Shown here: positions 1 through 11,200 of the stretch, in pieces | How the letters are laid out: every line of letters begins with the position of its first letter | How positions within the stretch are numbered: the first letter of the stretch is position 1 | The notes under the pieces: generated by a model | What the model saw: the letters and a program-made list of their open reading frames with translations, nothing else | Database searches by the model: none | Told to the model about the DNA's origin: nothing | Made by a program: the position numbers and the translations under genes | Source: Spirochaetia bacterium | GTDB lineage: Bacteria > Spirochaetota > Spirochaetia > SZUA-6 > Bin103 | DNA length: 64,000 nucleotides | NCBI GenBank assembly: GCA_965199955.1 | Contig: CBDATQ010000002.1 | Coordinates: 128,001-192,000, forward strand | Reading direction: 5' to 3'

Positions 1-231
1 CACGGGGAAGGAGATGCGGTGGCCGAGCGCGACGGTGGACAGGTCGCGGCTGCTGACGTCGGTCAGCAGGCGGGGGCGGATGGCGATCGCGTCGAATGCC
101 TCCCGGTTGCGGCGTATGGTGATCTCGTCGCCCACGCCGCCGGCGACCACGTCCCAGTAGTCGGTCGCCAGGCGCTCCTCGGCCAGCCGCTCCAGTTCGT
201 CCAAGGTGAGCGGATGGTAGAAGCGCTTCAT
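1..231 (-). CDS. FMN-dependent alpha-hydroxy acid dehydrogenase/oxidase (5' part; runs off window edge)
   Basis: Own translation: MKRFYHPLTLDELERLAEERLATDYWDVVAGGVGDEITIRRNREAFDAIAIRPRLLTDVSSRDLSTVALGHRISFPV, the typical N-terminus of the lactate/glycolate oxidase family; not in ORF track. Confidence 0.85.
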   Translation of the reverse strand, partial: MKRFYHPLTLDELERLAEERLATDYWDVVAGGVGDEITIRRNREAFDAIAIRPRLLTDVSSRDLSTVALGHRISFPV

Positions 232-236
232 GGCGG

Positions 237-1334
237 TTACCGCGCCACGACCTGCCGGGTGCCGGTGTCGGAGGCGCGCTCCAGCGCGTCGATCAGGCGG
301 TGCAGGTCGAGGGCCAGCTCGAAGTCGGGCTCCGCAGGGGTGCCCGAACGGATCGCCTCGGCGTAGTGGCTCCAGATCTGCGCCACGCCGAACGGGCGGT
401 CGCGTTCGCGGCTGTGCAGCACGCGGGTGAGCCGGTCCGGGACCGGCATCTCGGTCAGCCGATCGTCGCCGCGGCCGCCGACCATGAGCTTCAGGTCGGC
501 GAAGCGCTCGTCGGCATGGATGGAGGCCGTCTTCTCGCGGCCGTAGATCTCGAACCGGTAGCCGCTGGGGTGCCACGGAACGCTGTGCTCGTAGGCCAGC
601 ACGGCCGCGCCGGCGGCGGTCGAGCCCTGCATGAACACCGTGTCCGGGGCAGTGGCGTCGATCGTCCTGCCGGTGTCCTGCTCCAGCCACCGCGGCGCCT
701 GTGTGCGCCACACCCCCGACACCTCGTGGATCGGTCCGAAGCAGTGGTAGACGGGCTCGATCAGGTGGCCGAAGCCGATGGTGCCGTTGTGCGCGCCGTT
801 CCTGGCATCGGCCCGCCAACTCGCCGGCGACTCCTTGTCGAGCAGGCCGCCGCCGCAGAAGCCGATCTGGATGGCCAGCACCTCGCCGAAGAACCCCTCG
901 TCGGCCAGCTCCTTGAGCCGGCGGTAGATGGGGGTGTGCCGCCCCTGCAGGCCGATGATCGACGTGCCCGGCGCCGTGCGCGCGGCGGCAGCCATCTCCT
1001 CGGCCTCCGCCAGGTTGGCGCCGAGCGGCCACTCGGTGTAGACGTGCTTGCCGGCCGCCAGCGCCGCCAACGTCGGCTGGTAGTGCCGGGGCGCGCGCAC
1101 CGAGACCACGACCACCTCCACCTCCTCGCAGGCGATGAGCTCGCGGAAGTCGGCGAAGTGGTGGCGGGCGCCGTAGATCCTCGCCGACTCGCGCGCGGTC
1201 TCCTCGCGGGTGGTGCAGACGGCCACCAGCTCCAGCTCCTCCGGCAGAGCCAGGATCGCCGGCAGGTGGCCGCGCTTGGCCCAGCTCTGCGTGGGGTTGG
1301 CGCCGATCACGCCGATGCGCAGCCGGCCGGCCAT
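237..1334 (-). CDS. Gfo/Idh/MocA family oxidoreductase
   Basis: Start MAGRLRIGVIGAN (ATG overlaps upstream stop); GKHVYTEWPLG motif. Confidence 0.9.
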   Translation of the reverse strand: MAGRLRIGVIGANPTQSWAKRGHLPAILALPEELELVAVCTTREETARESARIYGARHHFADFRELIACEEVEVVVVSVRAPRHYQPTLAALAAGKHVYTEWPLGANLAEAEEMAAAARTAPGTSIIGLQGRHTPIYRRLKELADEGFFGEVLAIQIGFCGGGLLDKESPASWRADARNGAHNGTIGFGHLIEPVYHCFGPIHEVSGVWRTQAPRWLEQDTGRTIDATAPDTVFMQGSTAAGAAVLAYEHSVPWHPSGYRFEIYGREKTASIHADERFADLKLMVGGRGDDRLTEMPVPDRLTRVLHSRERDRPFGVAQIWSHYAEAIRSGTPAEPDFELALDLHRLIDALERASDTGTRQVVAR

Positions 1335-1987
1335 CAGGCCGCCGCCTCGGCGAGCGCGACGCGGTGCAGGTTCTTGGCGCGCTCGTCGCCGAACCACAGG
1401 TGGCCGCCGGCCCAGGTGAGCCCGTGCGGCTCGGTGCCGTCCGGGGACGGCGCGGCGGCGAGCACCTCGCCCGACTCGGGGTCGATCCGGTGGATGGTGC
1501 GGCTGTCGGTATCGGCGCTCCACAGCTCGCCTTCCCGCCACTCCAGCCCGTGGGGGCGTGTGCCGGGCGATGGGAAGCCGCCGGTGACGCGGCCGTCGGC
1601 TGGCTCGACCCGGTAGAAGCGGTCGGTGACCGGACAGCTCGTCCACAGGCGCGATCCGTCCCAGGTGACGCCGTGGCACTTCGGCGCCGGAGCCGGGATC
1701 GAGCGGAGCACCGCGCCGTCGGCGGGGTCCAGCGCGTACAGCTTCAGGTGGTAGGGGACGGACACCCAGAGCAGGGAGCCGTCCCACGCCAGGCCGGCCG
1801 GGATGCTGTCGACCGGTCGGAAGGACCGCACCGATTCCCCCGTCGCGGGCTCGATGCGCTCGATGACGAAGCTGTCGCAGTCACAGCTCCAGAGGTGCGA
1901 TCCGTCCCACGTCAGCCCGTTGGGGCCGCCGGAGCCGCCGATCGTCAGGGTCCGGGCGATCGTGGCCCGGAGCTGCACCACGCGCAT
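1334..1987 (-). CDS. Small beta-propeller protein (glutaminyl cyclase/NHL-like repeats)
   Basis: Five repeats of (P/C)xG(L/V)xW(D/R/A)xxxLW at about 40-aa spacing. Confidence 0.7.
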   Translation of the reverse strand: MRVVQLRATIARTLTIGGSGGPNGLTWDGSHLWSCDCDSFVIERIEPATGESVRSFRPVDSIPAGLAWDGSLLWVSVPYHLKLYALDPADGAVLRSIPAPAPKCHGVTWDGSRLWTSCPVTDRFYRVEPADGRVTGGFPSPGTRPHGLEWREGELWSADTDSRTIHRIDPESGEVLAAAPSPDGTEPHGLTWAGGHLWFGDERAKNLHRVALAEAAA

Positions 1988-1994
1988 GGGGCGC

Positions 1995-3200
1995 TCAGCC
2001 GCGCAGGCGTGCGAGCAGGACGCTGCGGAGCTGGCCGGCGACGATCCGTTCCTCGCCTTCAGACAGCACGTGCGGGCCGACGAACACCTCGCGATCGCCC
2101 TCCGATCCCACCAGGATGCGCGGCGAGCCCTTGTCGAGGTCGCAGGCGATCTGTTCGGCGGTGGCCGGGAACTCCTCGCCCAGGGTGATGAACAGCCGCA
2201 CCAACTGGTAGTTGCCGTACGGCACCGGCTCGGCCGAGACGTGCGGGATGTCGGCGAGCTGTTCCTGGATGACCCCCATGCGGCGGTGGTACTCGGCCAG
2301 GCGAGCCTCGTGATCGGTGTTGAACCAGATGTCCAGCGCGACCGCCAGGGCCGCCACCTGCTGCCGGTCCAGCTTCATGCCGCGCCCGAAGGCGTAGCCG
2401 CTGCCGACCGGGACCTCGTCGTTGGCGATGCTGCCGGAGAAATCGAGCTTGCGCAGCGGATCGATGTACTTCCTGCGGCCGGTCACCATGCCGGTCGAGT
2501 GCGAGCTGCCGAAGTACTTGCCGCCGAAGCAGACCATGTCGGCCGCCTGCGCGATCCAGCGGAAATGCTCCAGGGGGTAGATCTGGGCGGCGGCGTCGAC
2601 GATCACCGGCACGTCGTGGCGCCGTCCGATCGCGACCACGTCCTCCAGGGGGAGGTCGCCGGTGCGCGGCGGGAACAGGTAGCCGGCTGGTTGCGAGAAG
2701 GGGTGGGCGATGGCGACGGTGTCCTCGCCGATGGCCGCCTCCAGCTCCTCGGCGGTGCAGCCGTCGTCGCGGCCGACCGGCACCAGCCGGCCGCCGGCGA
2801 AGGTGAAGCAGGGCTGTACCCAGTAGCGGTGCTGCCGCTGGATCAGGACCTGGTCATTCCTGCCGGTGGTGTTGGGCAGGCGCGCCATCTTGACGCCGTC
2901 GTCGCGGGTCATGGCGATCGCGGAGCTCAGGATGATCGCGGCCGCGCAGCCGGAGGTGGGGTGCGCGGTCTCGCAGCCGAGCAGGGCGGCGATGTAGTCG
3001 CCGGTCTTGCTCATGAGGTCGGCCATGTCCGTCCAGCCGCGGCCGGCCTCGTCCATCGCGGCGCGGACCACCGCCGACGGCGAGGAGCCGCCGAACGCGG
3101 TCGAGTTGCTGCGCGCGTTGAGAATCGGCACGACGCCGAGCTTCTGGTAGACGCCGCCCTCGGCGAGGCGCGGCAGGCCGTTGGCACCTGATGCAGACAT
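1995..3200 (-). CDS. SelA-like PLP-dependent enzyme (DgaE-like)
   Basis: LGVVPILNA...GGS, TSGCAAAI, VIVDAAA, FGGKY (PLP lysine), GRGMK motifs. Confidence 0.8.
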   Translation of the reverse strand: MSASGANGLPRLAEGGVYQKLGVVPILNARSNSTAFGGSSPSAVVRAAMDEAGRGWTDMADLMSKTGDYIAALLGCETAHPTSGCAAAIILSSAIAMTRDDGVKMARLPNTTGRNDQVLIQRQHRYWVQPCFTFAGGRLVPVGRDDGCTAEELEAAIGEDTVAIAHPFSQPAGYLFPPRTGDLPLEDVVAIGRRHDVPVIVDAAAQIYPLEHFRWIAQAADMVCFGGKYFGSSHSTGMVTGRRKYIDPLRKLDFSGSIANDEVPVGSGYAFGRGMKLDRQQVAALAVALDIWFNTDHEARLAEYHRRMGVIQEQLADIPHVSAEPVPYGNYQLVRLFITLGEEFPATAEQIACDLDKGSPRILVGSEGDREVFVGPHVLSEGEERIVAGQLRSVLLARLRG

Positions 3201-3307
3201 GACAGCCAGGGTATCCAAGCCCCGTGCGCAGGTCCATCACGCCGCCGGCCCGGCATCGGCGGGAGCCGGTCGCCATGAAGCGGCTCTGCTGGCATCATCG
3301 CCGCGGG

Positions 3308-4282
3308 ATGAAAGCCGCCCACGTCACGGCGCCCGGCCAGGTCTCCGTCGTCGAGGTCCTGGAGCCGCAACCGCAGCCGGACCACGCCGTGATTCGTCCG
3401 CAGATCGTGTCGATCTGCGGCAGCGATCTGAAGGCGGTCTACAACCTGCCGGCGGACGAGTACCCGCTGGTGCCGGGGCGTAGCGGCCACGAGGTGATCG
3501 GCGTCGTAGAGGAGGTCTCCTGCGGCTCCAAAGTGGTGTTCCCGTTCGAGGCCGGCGAGCGGGTGCTGGCCCTGCCGGTTGCGCAGGACGGCATGGCCGA
3601 GCGCTTCCTGGCGCCGGTCGACCGCGTGTTCCGGATCCCGGAGCACCCGATCGAGCAGATGGTGATGGCGCAGCCGCTGGCCACCGTGATCAGCGGCGCG
3701 CAGAAGCTTGCGAACGTGATCGCCGGCGACGTGGTGGTGATCGGCCAGGGCGGCATCGGCCTGATGTTCGACACCCTGTTGCGCCGCATGGGGGCGCGGC
3801 GCGTGGTCGGCGTCGAGCTGATGCCGGCGCGCCGCCAGACAGCGGAGCGCTTCGGCGCCACCCACGTCGTCGACGGCACGGCCGACGACGTGACTGACCG
3901 GATCCGCGACGCGCTCGACGGCGGTCTGGCCGACACCGTGATCGACGCCACGGGGGAGCCCGAGGCGATCAACCTGTGCGCGCGGGTGGTGCGCAGCCGG
4001 GGCGAGATCCTGTTCTTCGGCGGCCTGAAGGAGAGGACGTTCACCTTCGACTTCTTCTCGTTTCACAGCAAGCAGCCGCAGACGCGCTTCTCCGGCGCGG
4101 GCGGCAGGCCGCTGTTCGAGCTTGCGATCAGCCTGATCGCGCGCGGCGACGTCCCCGTGGACGGCATCATCACCCACCGCTATCCGCTGGCCGAGGTCGC
4201 GCAGGCATACGATGCCGCGCACGCCCGCGCCGACGACTGCATCCGAGTGGCGGTCGAGCCTGAATGTGAGGAGTCATCATGA
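3308..4282 (+). CDS. Zinc-binding (MDR) dehydrogenase
   Basis: ICGSD, GHE, GQGGIG Rossmann motif; lacks the structural 4-Cys lobe. Confidence 0.85.
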   Translation: MKAAHVTAPGQVSVVEVLEPQPQPDHAVIRPQIVSICGSDLKAVYNLPADEYPLVPGRSGHEVIGVVEEVSCGSKVVFPFEAGERVLALPVAQDGMAERFLAPVDRVFRIPEHPIEQMVMAQPLATVISGAQKLANVIAGDVVVIGQGGIGLMFDTLLRRMGARRVVGVELMPARRQTAERFGATHVVDGTADDVTDRIRDALDGGLADTVIDATGEPEAINLCARVVRSRGEILFFGGLKERTFTFDFFSFHSKQPQTRFSGAGGRPLFELAISLIARGDVPVDGIITHRYPLAEVAQAYDAAHARADDCIRVAVEPECEESS

Positions 4283-4926
4283 TCGAGATCCCGGTCGCGC
4301 AGCCCAAGAATGGCGTCACGCTGGAGGACTACGGCATCGTCCTGCCTGCCGTGGTACGGGAGCTGATAGCGTACGTGCTGCTGTCGGAGGACGAGATACA
4401 GCGCAGGGTGGACGAGCTTGCCGAAGAGATCGGCAGGATCTATGGGGAAAGGGAGGAACTCATCCTGTTGCCCATCCTGACCGGAGCGGTCTTCCTGGCC
4501 ACCGACATCGGCAGGGCCCTGGCCAAGCGGAGCTCGCTGAACATCAAGTACGACCTGACCAAGGCCTCTTCCTACGAGAGCAAGACGCAGCAGGAGATAC
4601 GGATTCAACTGGAGCCGGTCGGCGTCCGCGGCAAGAGCGTCCTGCTGCTCGATGACGTGCTGGACCGCGGCACCACCATGGCGACGCTACGAGCCAAGCT
4701 GCAGGAATGGGGAGCCAAGGACGTCAGGGCGTGCGTCATGTTCAACAAGCTGCCGAAGGACCCCGACGAGGAGGTGCTGGAAAAGCGCCGCGCGGCCAGT
4801 CCCGAGCTCGTCGGCTTCGAGATCCCCGTGATCGACGGCGAGAGTCCCTGGATCGGCGGCTACGGCCTGGACTCGACCAGCACCTACCACCTGAGACACC
4901 TGCCCTGCCTGGTCGCGATCAAGTAG
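4279..4926 (+). CDS. hpt: Hypoxanthine-guanine phosphoribosyltransferase-like protein
   Basis: LLSEDEIQRRVDELA, ILTGA, VLLLDDVLDRGTT PRPP loop, GYGLD. Confidence 0.75.
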   Translation: MIEIPVAQPKNGVTLEDYGIVLPAVVRELIAYVLLSEDEIQRRVDELAEEIGRIYGEREELILLPILTGAVFLATDIGRALAKRSSLNIKYDLTKASSYESKTQQEIRIQLEPVGVRGKSVLLLDDVLDRGTTMATLRAKLQEWGAKDVRACVMFNKLPKDPDEEVLEKRRAASPELVGFEIPVIDGESPWIGGYGLDSTSTYHLRHLPCLVAIK

Positions 4927-4964
4927 CGTCAGGTCTGTTGCGGCCGACCACATGACGGATCGAA

Positions 4965-5549
4965 TTACGGGATCCGCGACAACCGATCGAGGCACCGCCG
5001 TAAGCTCTCGCTGCGACTACTCGCTGTCATCGGCGACCACGAGGTCCGGATGTACTCGATCAACCTGCTCGTATATCCCGGTCCTACTCTCGCTCTACTG
5101 CGATCACGTGGAACGACATCTTCGCGCATCCTCCGCGACCTGGAGTGTCGTACCACGCTCACCAAGTGGTCTTTTGGATGGCGAATCGACTCCGGATCGC
5201 TGGTGACTCGCTCCGTGGAGACGGCAAAGTAGCGAGCGAACGAGCTGCGATCGGCGATGAGCCAGGATTCAATCTCGTGTACCGCGATGCGGAACGTCAT
5301 CCCTCGCGAAGGCGTTGCCAGCAACCGTGCACGGAGGTCCGGAGCGCAGTCCGCATCGGTGTCCAGATCTCGCAACACGAACCACGATCCGTGTCGGGCG
5401 GCCGCGTTGTAACCGTCCAACGACCGATCCAACCGTTGCTTGCCGTGTTCCCCGTGTACCGCTACGACTTCAAGCCCGACCTCTTGGCAGATTCGGCGGG
5501 CGAGCGCCGTATCGACGGCACCTTCGGTGGCCACGGAGACCGTGTGCAC
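4965..5549 (-). CDS. DUF4276-like TOPRIM-fold protein
   Basis: N-terminal TEGAVD, LRDLDTD (DxD), EIESWLIADR, C-terminal SESLRR; 3 nt downstream of the ATPase. Confidence 0.7.
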   Translation of the reverse strand: MHTVSVATEGAVDTALARRICQEVGLEVVAVHGEHGKQRLDRSLDGYNAAARHGSWFVLRDLDTDADCAPDLRARLLATPSRGMTFRIAVHEIESWLIADRSSFARYFAVSTERVTSDPESIRHPKDHLVSVVRHSRSRRMREDVVPRDRSRARVGPGYTSRLIEYIRTSWSPMTASSRSESLRRCLDRLSRIP

Positions 5550-5552
5550 GAC

Positions 5553-6698
5553 TCAGTCTCCAAACATCAGCGCCAGTTGTTCTTCACCCCTTGGTGCCGT
5601 GCGTGGAAGCACGGCATCGCCCATCGATACCCCTTCGTCAAGCAGAAGCCTGATCTCCGGGTAGTCAGCGGCGACTTCCACCTGTGTGCCGTTGCTGTCC
5701 GGGCGCAGCAATAGCGTCTCATCCGACGCGATCCCTTCGTCGCGGAGGAACTCAGGCGAATGCGTGGAGACGATCACTTGACGCTTCGACCGTCGCGTGG
5801 CGCGGTGGAGCATCTGCGGGATGAACTTGATCACGGCCGGATGCAGGTTCAGTTCCGGCTCCTCAATCATCAGAGGTCCCGTTCCGTCCATCACCGACCA
5901 CAGGAGGGCCATGAGCCGTAGCGTGCCGTCCGAGAACTGATCCTCCCTCTGCCAGCCCGCATTTGGCCGCCAATGCTCATAGCGCCCTTCGAGATGGGGT
6001 ATCCCGATCTCGTCTCTTTCCAGCTTCAATTCCCGCAGCTGCGGCACGGCGATGCGGAGTGCATGCTCGATTCGCCGTAGCCGCGATTGCCGGATCTTCG
6101 GTGTGCTGCGCGCGATCTGTTCCAGGAGGTCGCTTCCGAACGTCTCTCCGGTCAAATCTCGACCGGTGAACCGGTCCGGCTGCCGGACCAGAGGCGGCAG
6201 GACGTGGAGGTAGTGTATCGAGTTAAAAAACCGGTAGATGTCGCGGAATGTCTTGTTCGTGCTGATGCCTTCCAGATGAGTCTGACGCAGGCGCTCAGCG
6301 TCTTTCTCGTCGTCGGGATCCGGTCGCCGGAGCACCTCCTGACCCTCTCGCTCGACAAGCTCCTCCTTGATCCTTGGCTGCCGCTGGTTATCCTGAATGA
6401 TACTGAGCCGGTACCGCCACTCCGCTGGATTGGCGAGCTCGCCAAGTTCCACGTCAAGGACGATTGCCGGATACCGGCGCGCTGCAAGACAGCGGATCTT
6501 TGAGACGCCTCCGCGGTCGGCCACGGCTTTCTCCAGACCGCCGCCGGGATTCGTGATGTCGCGCAGGAAGCGAAATGCATCGAGCAGGTTGGACTTCCCC
6601 GCTGCGTTAGGTCCGGCGATGAACACCCGCTGTTGCAACGGCACATCAATGCGTGTGAAGTTCCGCCAGTTTTCGAGATTAATGCGGCTTACGATCAT
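5553..6698 (-). CDS. ABC/SMC-like ATPase (AAA_21 type)
   Basis: ENWRNF, Walker A GPNAAGKS, signature SDGT, Walker B IEEPE, STHS H-loop; no membrane domain. Confidence 0.9.
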   Translation of the reverse strand: MIVSRINLENWRNFTRIDVPLQQRVFIAGPNAAGKSNLLDAFRFLRDITNPGGGLEKAVADRGGVSKIRCLAARRYPAIVLDVELGELANPAEWRYRLSIIQDNQRQPRIKEELVEREGQEVLRRPDPDDEKDAERLRQTHLEGISTNKTFRDIYRFFNSIHYLHVLPPLVRQPDRFTGRDLTGETFGSDLLEQIARSTPKIRQSRLRRIEHALRIAVPQLRELKLERDEIGIPHLEGRYEHWRPNAGWQREDQFSDGTLRLMALLWSVMDGTGPLMIEEPELNLHPAVIKFIPQMLHRATRRSKRQVIVSTHSPEFLRDEGIASDETLLLRPDSNGTQVEVAADYPEIRLLLDEGVSMGDAVLPRTAPRGEEQLALMFGD

Positions 6699-6714
6699 CG
6701 GTCTATTCGCCTGC

Positions 6715-7518
<804 letters not shown>

Positions 7519-7561
7519 GGTGCCTTCCTCTGTGCCTGGACGAGCCCACCAACGGCTCGGC

Positions 7562-9103
7562 TCAGCCACCGGCCACCTCGAACGCCGTCACGTTGCGCGT
7601 CTTTCGGCTGAACTCGACCCCGATCAGGTGGATCGGTTCGCCACGGCCCCGGTACCTGTCAGCGTACCCGCGCTCACTCAACTGCGCCAGCGCCGACCCC
7701 GGCGGCGCGAGCTCCACGACCTTGAACTCGAACAGATACACATGCCCGCCGGTGCGCACCGCCATGTCCAGCCGGCCGTGGCTGCTCGATTCCTCCACCA
7801 CGATGTCGTAGCCGAGCGCCGCAAAATAGGAGTAGAACACGCTCGCGTAGTAGCCCTCGTAGTCGGCGATGGCGTTGTTCGTGTACCACTGATAGGGAAT
7901 GCTCGCGAAGAAGGCGTGAAACAGCTCCTGCAGCCCCGCGCAGTCGTGCGCGGCAAGCAGGCGTGCCAGCCGTATGCTGTTCATCGTTTGCTGCCCGGCG
8001 TCCTTGACCAGGCGGCGCAGCAGCACCCGGTTCAGGCTCTGGCGCACCTCCCGGTTGGGATAGCCCAGCCGGTACAGCGCCTGACCCCCCAACTCCTCTT
8101 CCGCCGTGATCGTCAGATAGCCGGTCTGGAACAGCAGCGCCTCGGTGCCGATGTGCCCCACTTCGAACGCGGAAAGCAGATCTTCCGTGCCCACCATGTC
8201 ATCCAGTGACACCGAGGAGACGCGCCGCTCAAGGAGCGTCTCCATCAGAAACGCCGGCGTCCCGGTCTCGAACCAGTGCGCTTTGAACTCGCGGCTGTCG
8301 AACAGCAGCAGCACGTCGTAGGGGTTGTACACCTTCTCCGCACCGCGCCAGCGATAGCCATTGTACCACTCGCGGACCTGCTTCCGATCCAGGCCGGCCA
8401 GTTCCGGCGCGAAAACGGTGTCCAGGTCGCCTTCCGTATAGCCGCAGATCGCCGAGTAGCGCCGATCCAGCGTGATGTCGGTGAGGTTGTTCAGGTCGGA
8501 GAACACGCTGACCTTGGTGAACTTGCTCACGCCGGTCAGAAAGGTGAAGTGAACGTGCGCTTCCGCGAACTTGACGTTCGAGTACAGGCTGCGCAGGAAT
8601 CGGCGGTTGGCGTCGGCGATCTCCGGATCTCCCAGTGCGTCCAGGATCGGCTTGTCGTACTCGTCGACCAGCACCGCCACCCGCTGTCCGGCCTTGCGAT
8701 GGAGCGCTTCCAGCAGGAACCCCAGCCGTTCCGGTCCGGTGGTGTCGGTCGCCACCTGTTCCTGGCGCTCGATACGGGCCAGTTGCGCCGTCACGTTGCG
8801 GCGCAGCCCATCCGGATCCAGGTAGTCGCCGCCGCTGAAGTCGAGCCGCACCACCGGATGGCGTACCCAGTCCCGGCCGTCGTGGATGTGGAGCCCCTCG
8901 AACAGCTCCTCGCTCCCCTCGAACAGCTCCTTCAGCGTGTCCAGCAACAGGCTCTTGCCGAACCGTCGAGGGCGCGACAGGAAGTAGTGGGTGCCCTCGG
9001 CGAGCAGACGCTCGATGTAGGCGGTCTTGTCCACGTAGTAGCAATTCTCCTCGCGGAGCTTGCGGAAGGTCTGCACGCCGATGGGGAGTCTGAGCCTCTC
9101 CAC
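7562..9103 (-). CDS. AAA-ATPase-like protein with C-terminal PD-(D/E)XK nuclease domain
   Basis: LPIGVQTF, YYVDKT, RPRRFGKS, VDEYDKP, YNGY, GRLD...FEFK; probable GTG start at 9103 (ORF open to 9139). Confidence 0.9.
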   Translation of the reverse strand: MERLRLPIGVQTFRKLREENCYYVDKTAYIERLLAEGTHYFLSRPRRFGKSLLLDTLKELFEGSEELFEGLHIHDGRDWVRHPVVRLDFSGGDYLDPDGLRRNVTAQLARIERQEQVATDTTGPERLGFLLEALHRKAGQRVAVLVDEYDKPILDALGDPEIADANRRFLRSLYSNVKFAEAHVHFTFLTGVSKFTKVSVFSDLNNLTDITLDRRYSAICGYTEGDLDTVFAPELAGLDRKQVREWYNGYRWRGAEKVYNPYDVLLLFDSREFKAHWFETGTPAFLMETLLERRVSSVSLDDMVGTEDLLSAFEVGHIGTEALLFQTGYLTITAEEELGGQALYRLGYPNREVRQSLNRVLLRRLVKDAGQQTMNSIRLARLLAAHDCAGLQELFHAFFASIPYQWYTNNAIADYEGYYASVFYSYFAALGYDIVVEESSSHGRLDMAVRTGGHVYLFEFKVVELAPPGSALAQLSERGYADRYRGRGEPIHLIGVEFSRKTRNVTAFEVAGG

Positions 9104-9151
9104 CGGTCGAGCGTAGCCGGTCAGCTCGCGCCAGCTCAAACTGCAGGCCGG

Positions 9152-10162
<1,011 letters not shown>

Positions 10163-11200
10163 TCAGCCGTCCTCTGACCGGTCGGAGTGGAGAAAGCAGG
10201 CGACGTCGTGGCCCTCTCCCCCGGAGTCCCCGACGACGGAGGTGAGCGCGGGCATGCTGCGGTCGCAGACACCCGGCATGAACTCCGAGCAACGCGCGCT
10301 GAACGGGCAGCCCGGCGGGAGGCGCCGCGCGTCGGGAACCGTCCCTTCGATGGTCGTAAGCGGAGTCTTGCGCGCGCTCGACTGGTGCGGCACGCACGCC
10401 ATGAGCACCTTGGTGTAGGGGTGCTTGGGCCGCCGGTACACCTCGCTTGCCTCGCCGCGCTCGACGATCTTGCCCAGGTACATGACCGCGATCTGCTCGC
10501 TCATCTCCGCCACCAGGCCCAGATCGTGCGAGATGAACAGTACCGACATGGCGTGCGACTGCTGCAGCGAGCGCAACAGCTCCATGATCCGCGCCTGGAT
10601 GGTGACGTCGACCGCCGTGGTGGGCTCGTCGGCGATCAGCAGCTCGGGATTGGCGGCCAGCGCCACGGCGATCATGGCGCGCTGGCGCATGCCGCCTGAC
10701 AGCTCGAACGTGTAGGCGTCGAGCTGGCGCTCGGGCCTGGGCATCCCCACGTCGGCCAGCAGGGCGACTGCCCGCTCGCTCGCCTCGGCCCGGCTCACCG
10801 GCTCGTGCGCGCGAATCGCCTCCGTGATCTGCAGGCCGATGCGGTGCACGGGGCTCAGGCAGGTCATCGGCTCCTGGAAGATCATCGCCACCCGCCGCCC
10901 GCGGATCGCGCGCAGCGCGCGCCCGGCCGGCGGCAGCAGCGCCAGGTCGACGGCTTCTCCGTCCGGAGGGTGGTAGAGCACCCGCCCGCTCTCGATCTTC
11001 CCCGGCGGCGGGATGATGCGCAGCACCGCGCGGGCGGTCACCGACTTGCCGCAGCCGCTTTCGCCGACCAGCCCCATGACGTGGTTTGTCGGTACCCGCA
11101 GCGAGACCCCGTTGACGGCGCGCACCGTGCCCAGCGTGGTGTGGAAGTGGACGTGCAGGTCCTTTATGGACAGCAGGTCCGCGCGGCCGTGGTCAGGCAT
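10163..11200 (-). CDS. Oligopeptide/dipeptide-type ABC transporter ATPase (OppD-like)
   Basis: [28 protein letters not shown]. Confidence 0.95.
   Translation of the reverse strand: MPDHGRADLLSIKDLHVHFHTTLGTVRAVNGVSLRVPTNHVMGLVGESGCGKSVTARAVLRIIPPPGKIESGRVLYHPPDGEAVDLALLPPAGRALRAIRGRRVAMIFQEPMTCLSPVHRIGLQITEAIRAHEPVSRAEASERAVALLADVGMPRPERQLDAYTFELSGGMRQRAMIAVALAANPELLIADEPTTAVDVTIQARIMELLRSLQQSHAMSVLFISHDLGLVAEMSEQIAVMYLGKIVERGEASEVYRRPKHPYTKVLMACVPHQSSARKTPLTTIEGTVPDARRLPPGCPFSARCSEFMPGVCDRSMPALTSVVGDSGGEGHDVACFLHSDRSEDG

Noticed and set aside
1335..1787. N-terminal extensions of track ORFs (237..1787; likewise 20229, 44973..46202, 57232, 60169..61029)
   Set aside because: They overlap real neighbouring genes; true starts are internal, so these are not fusions
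1995..3200. Selenocysteine synthesis (selA)
   Set aside because: No selB/selC/selD nearby; catabolic context fits SelA-like lyases
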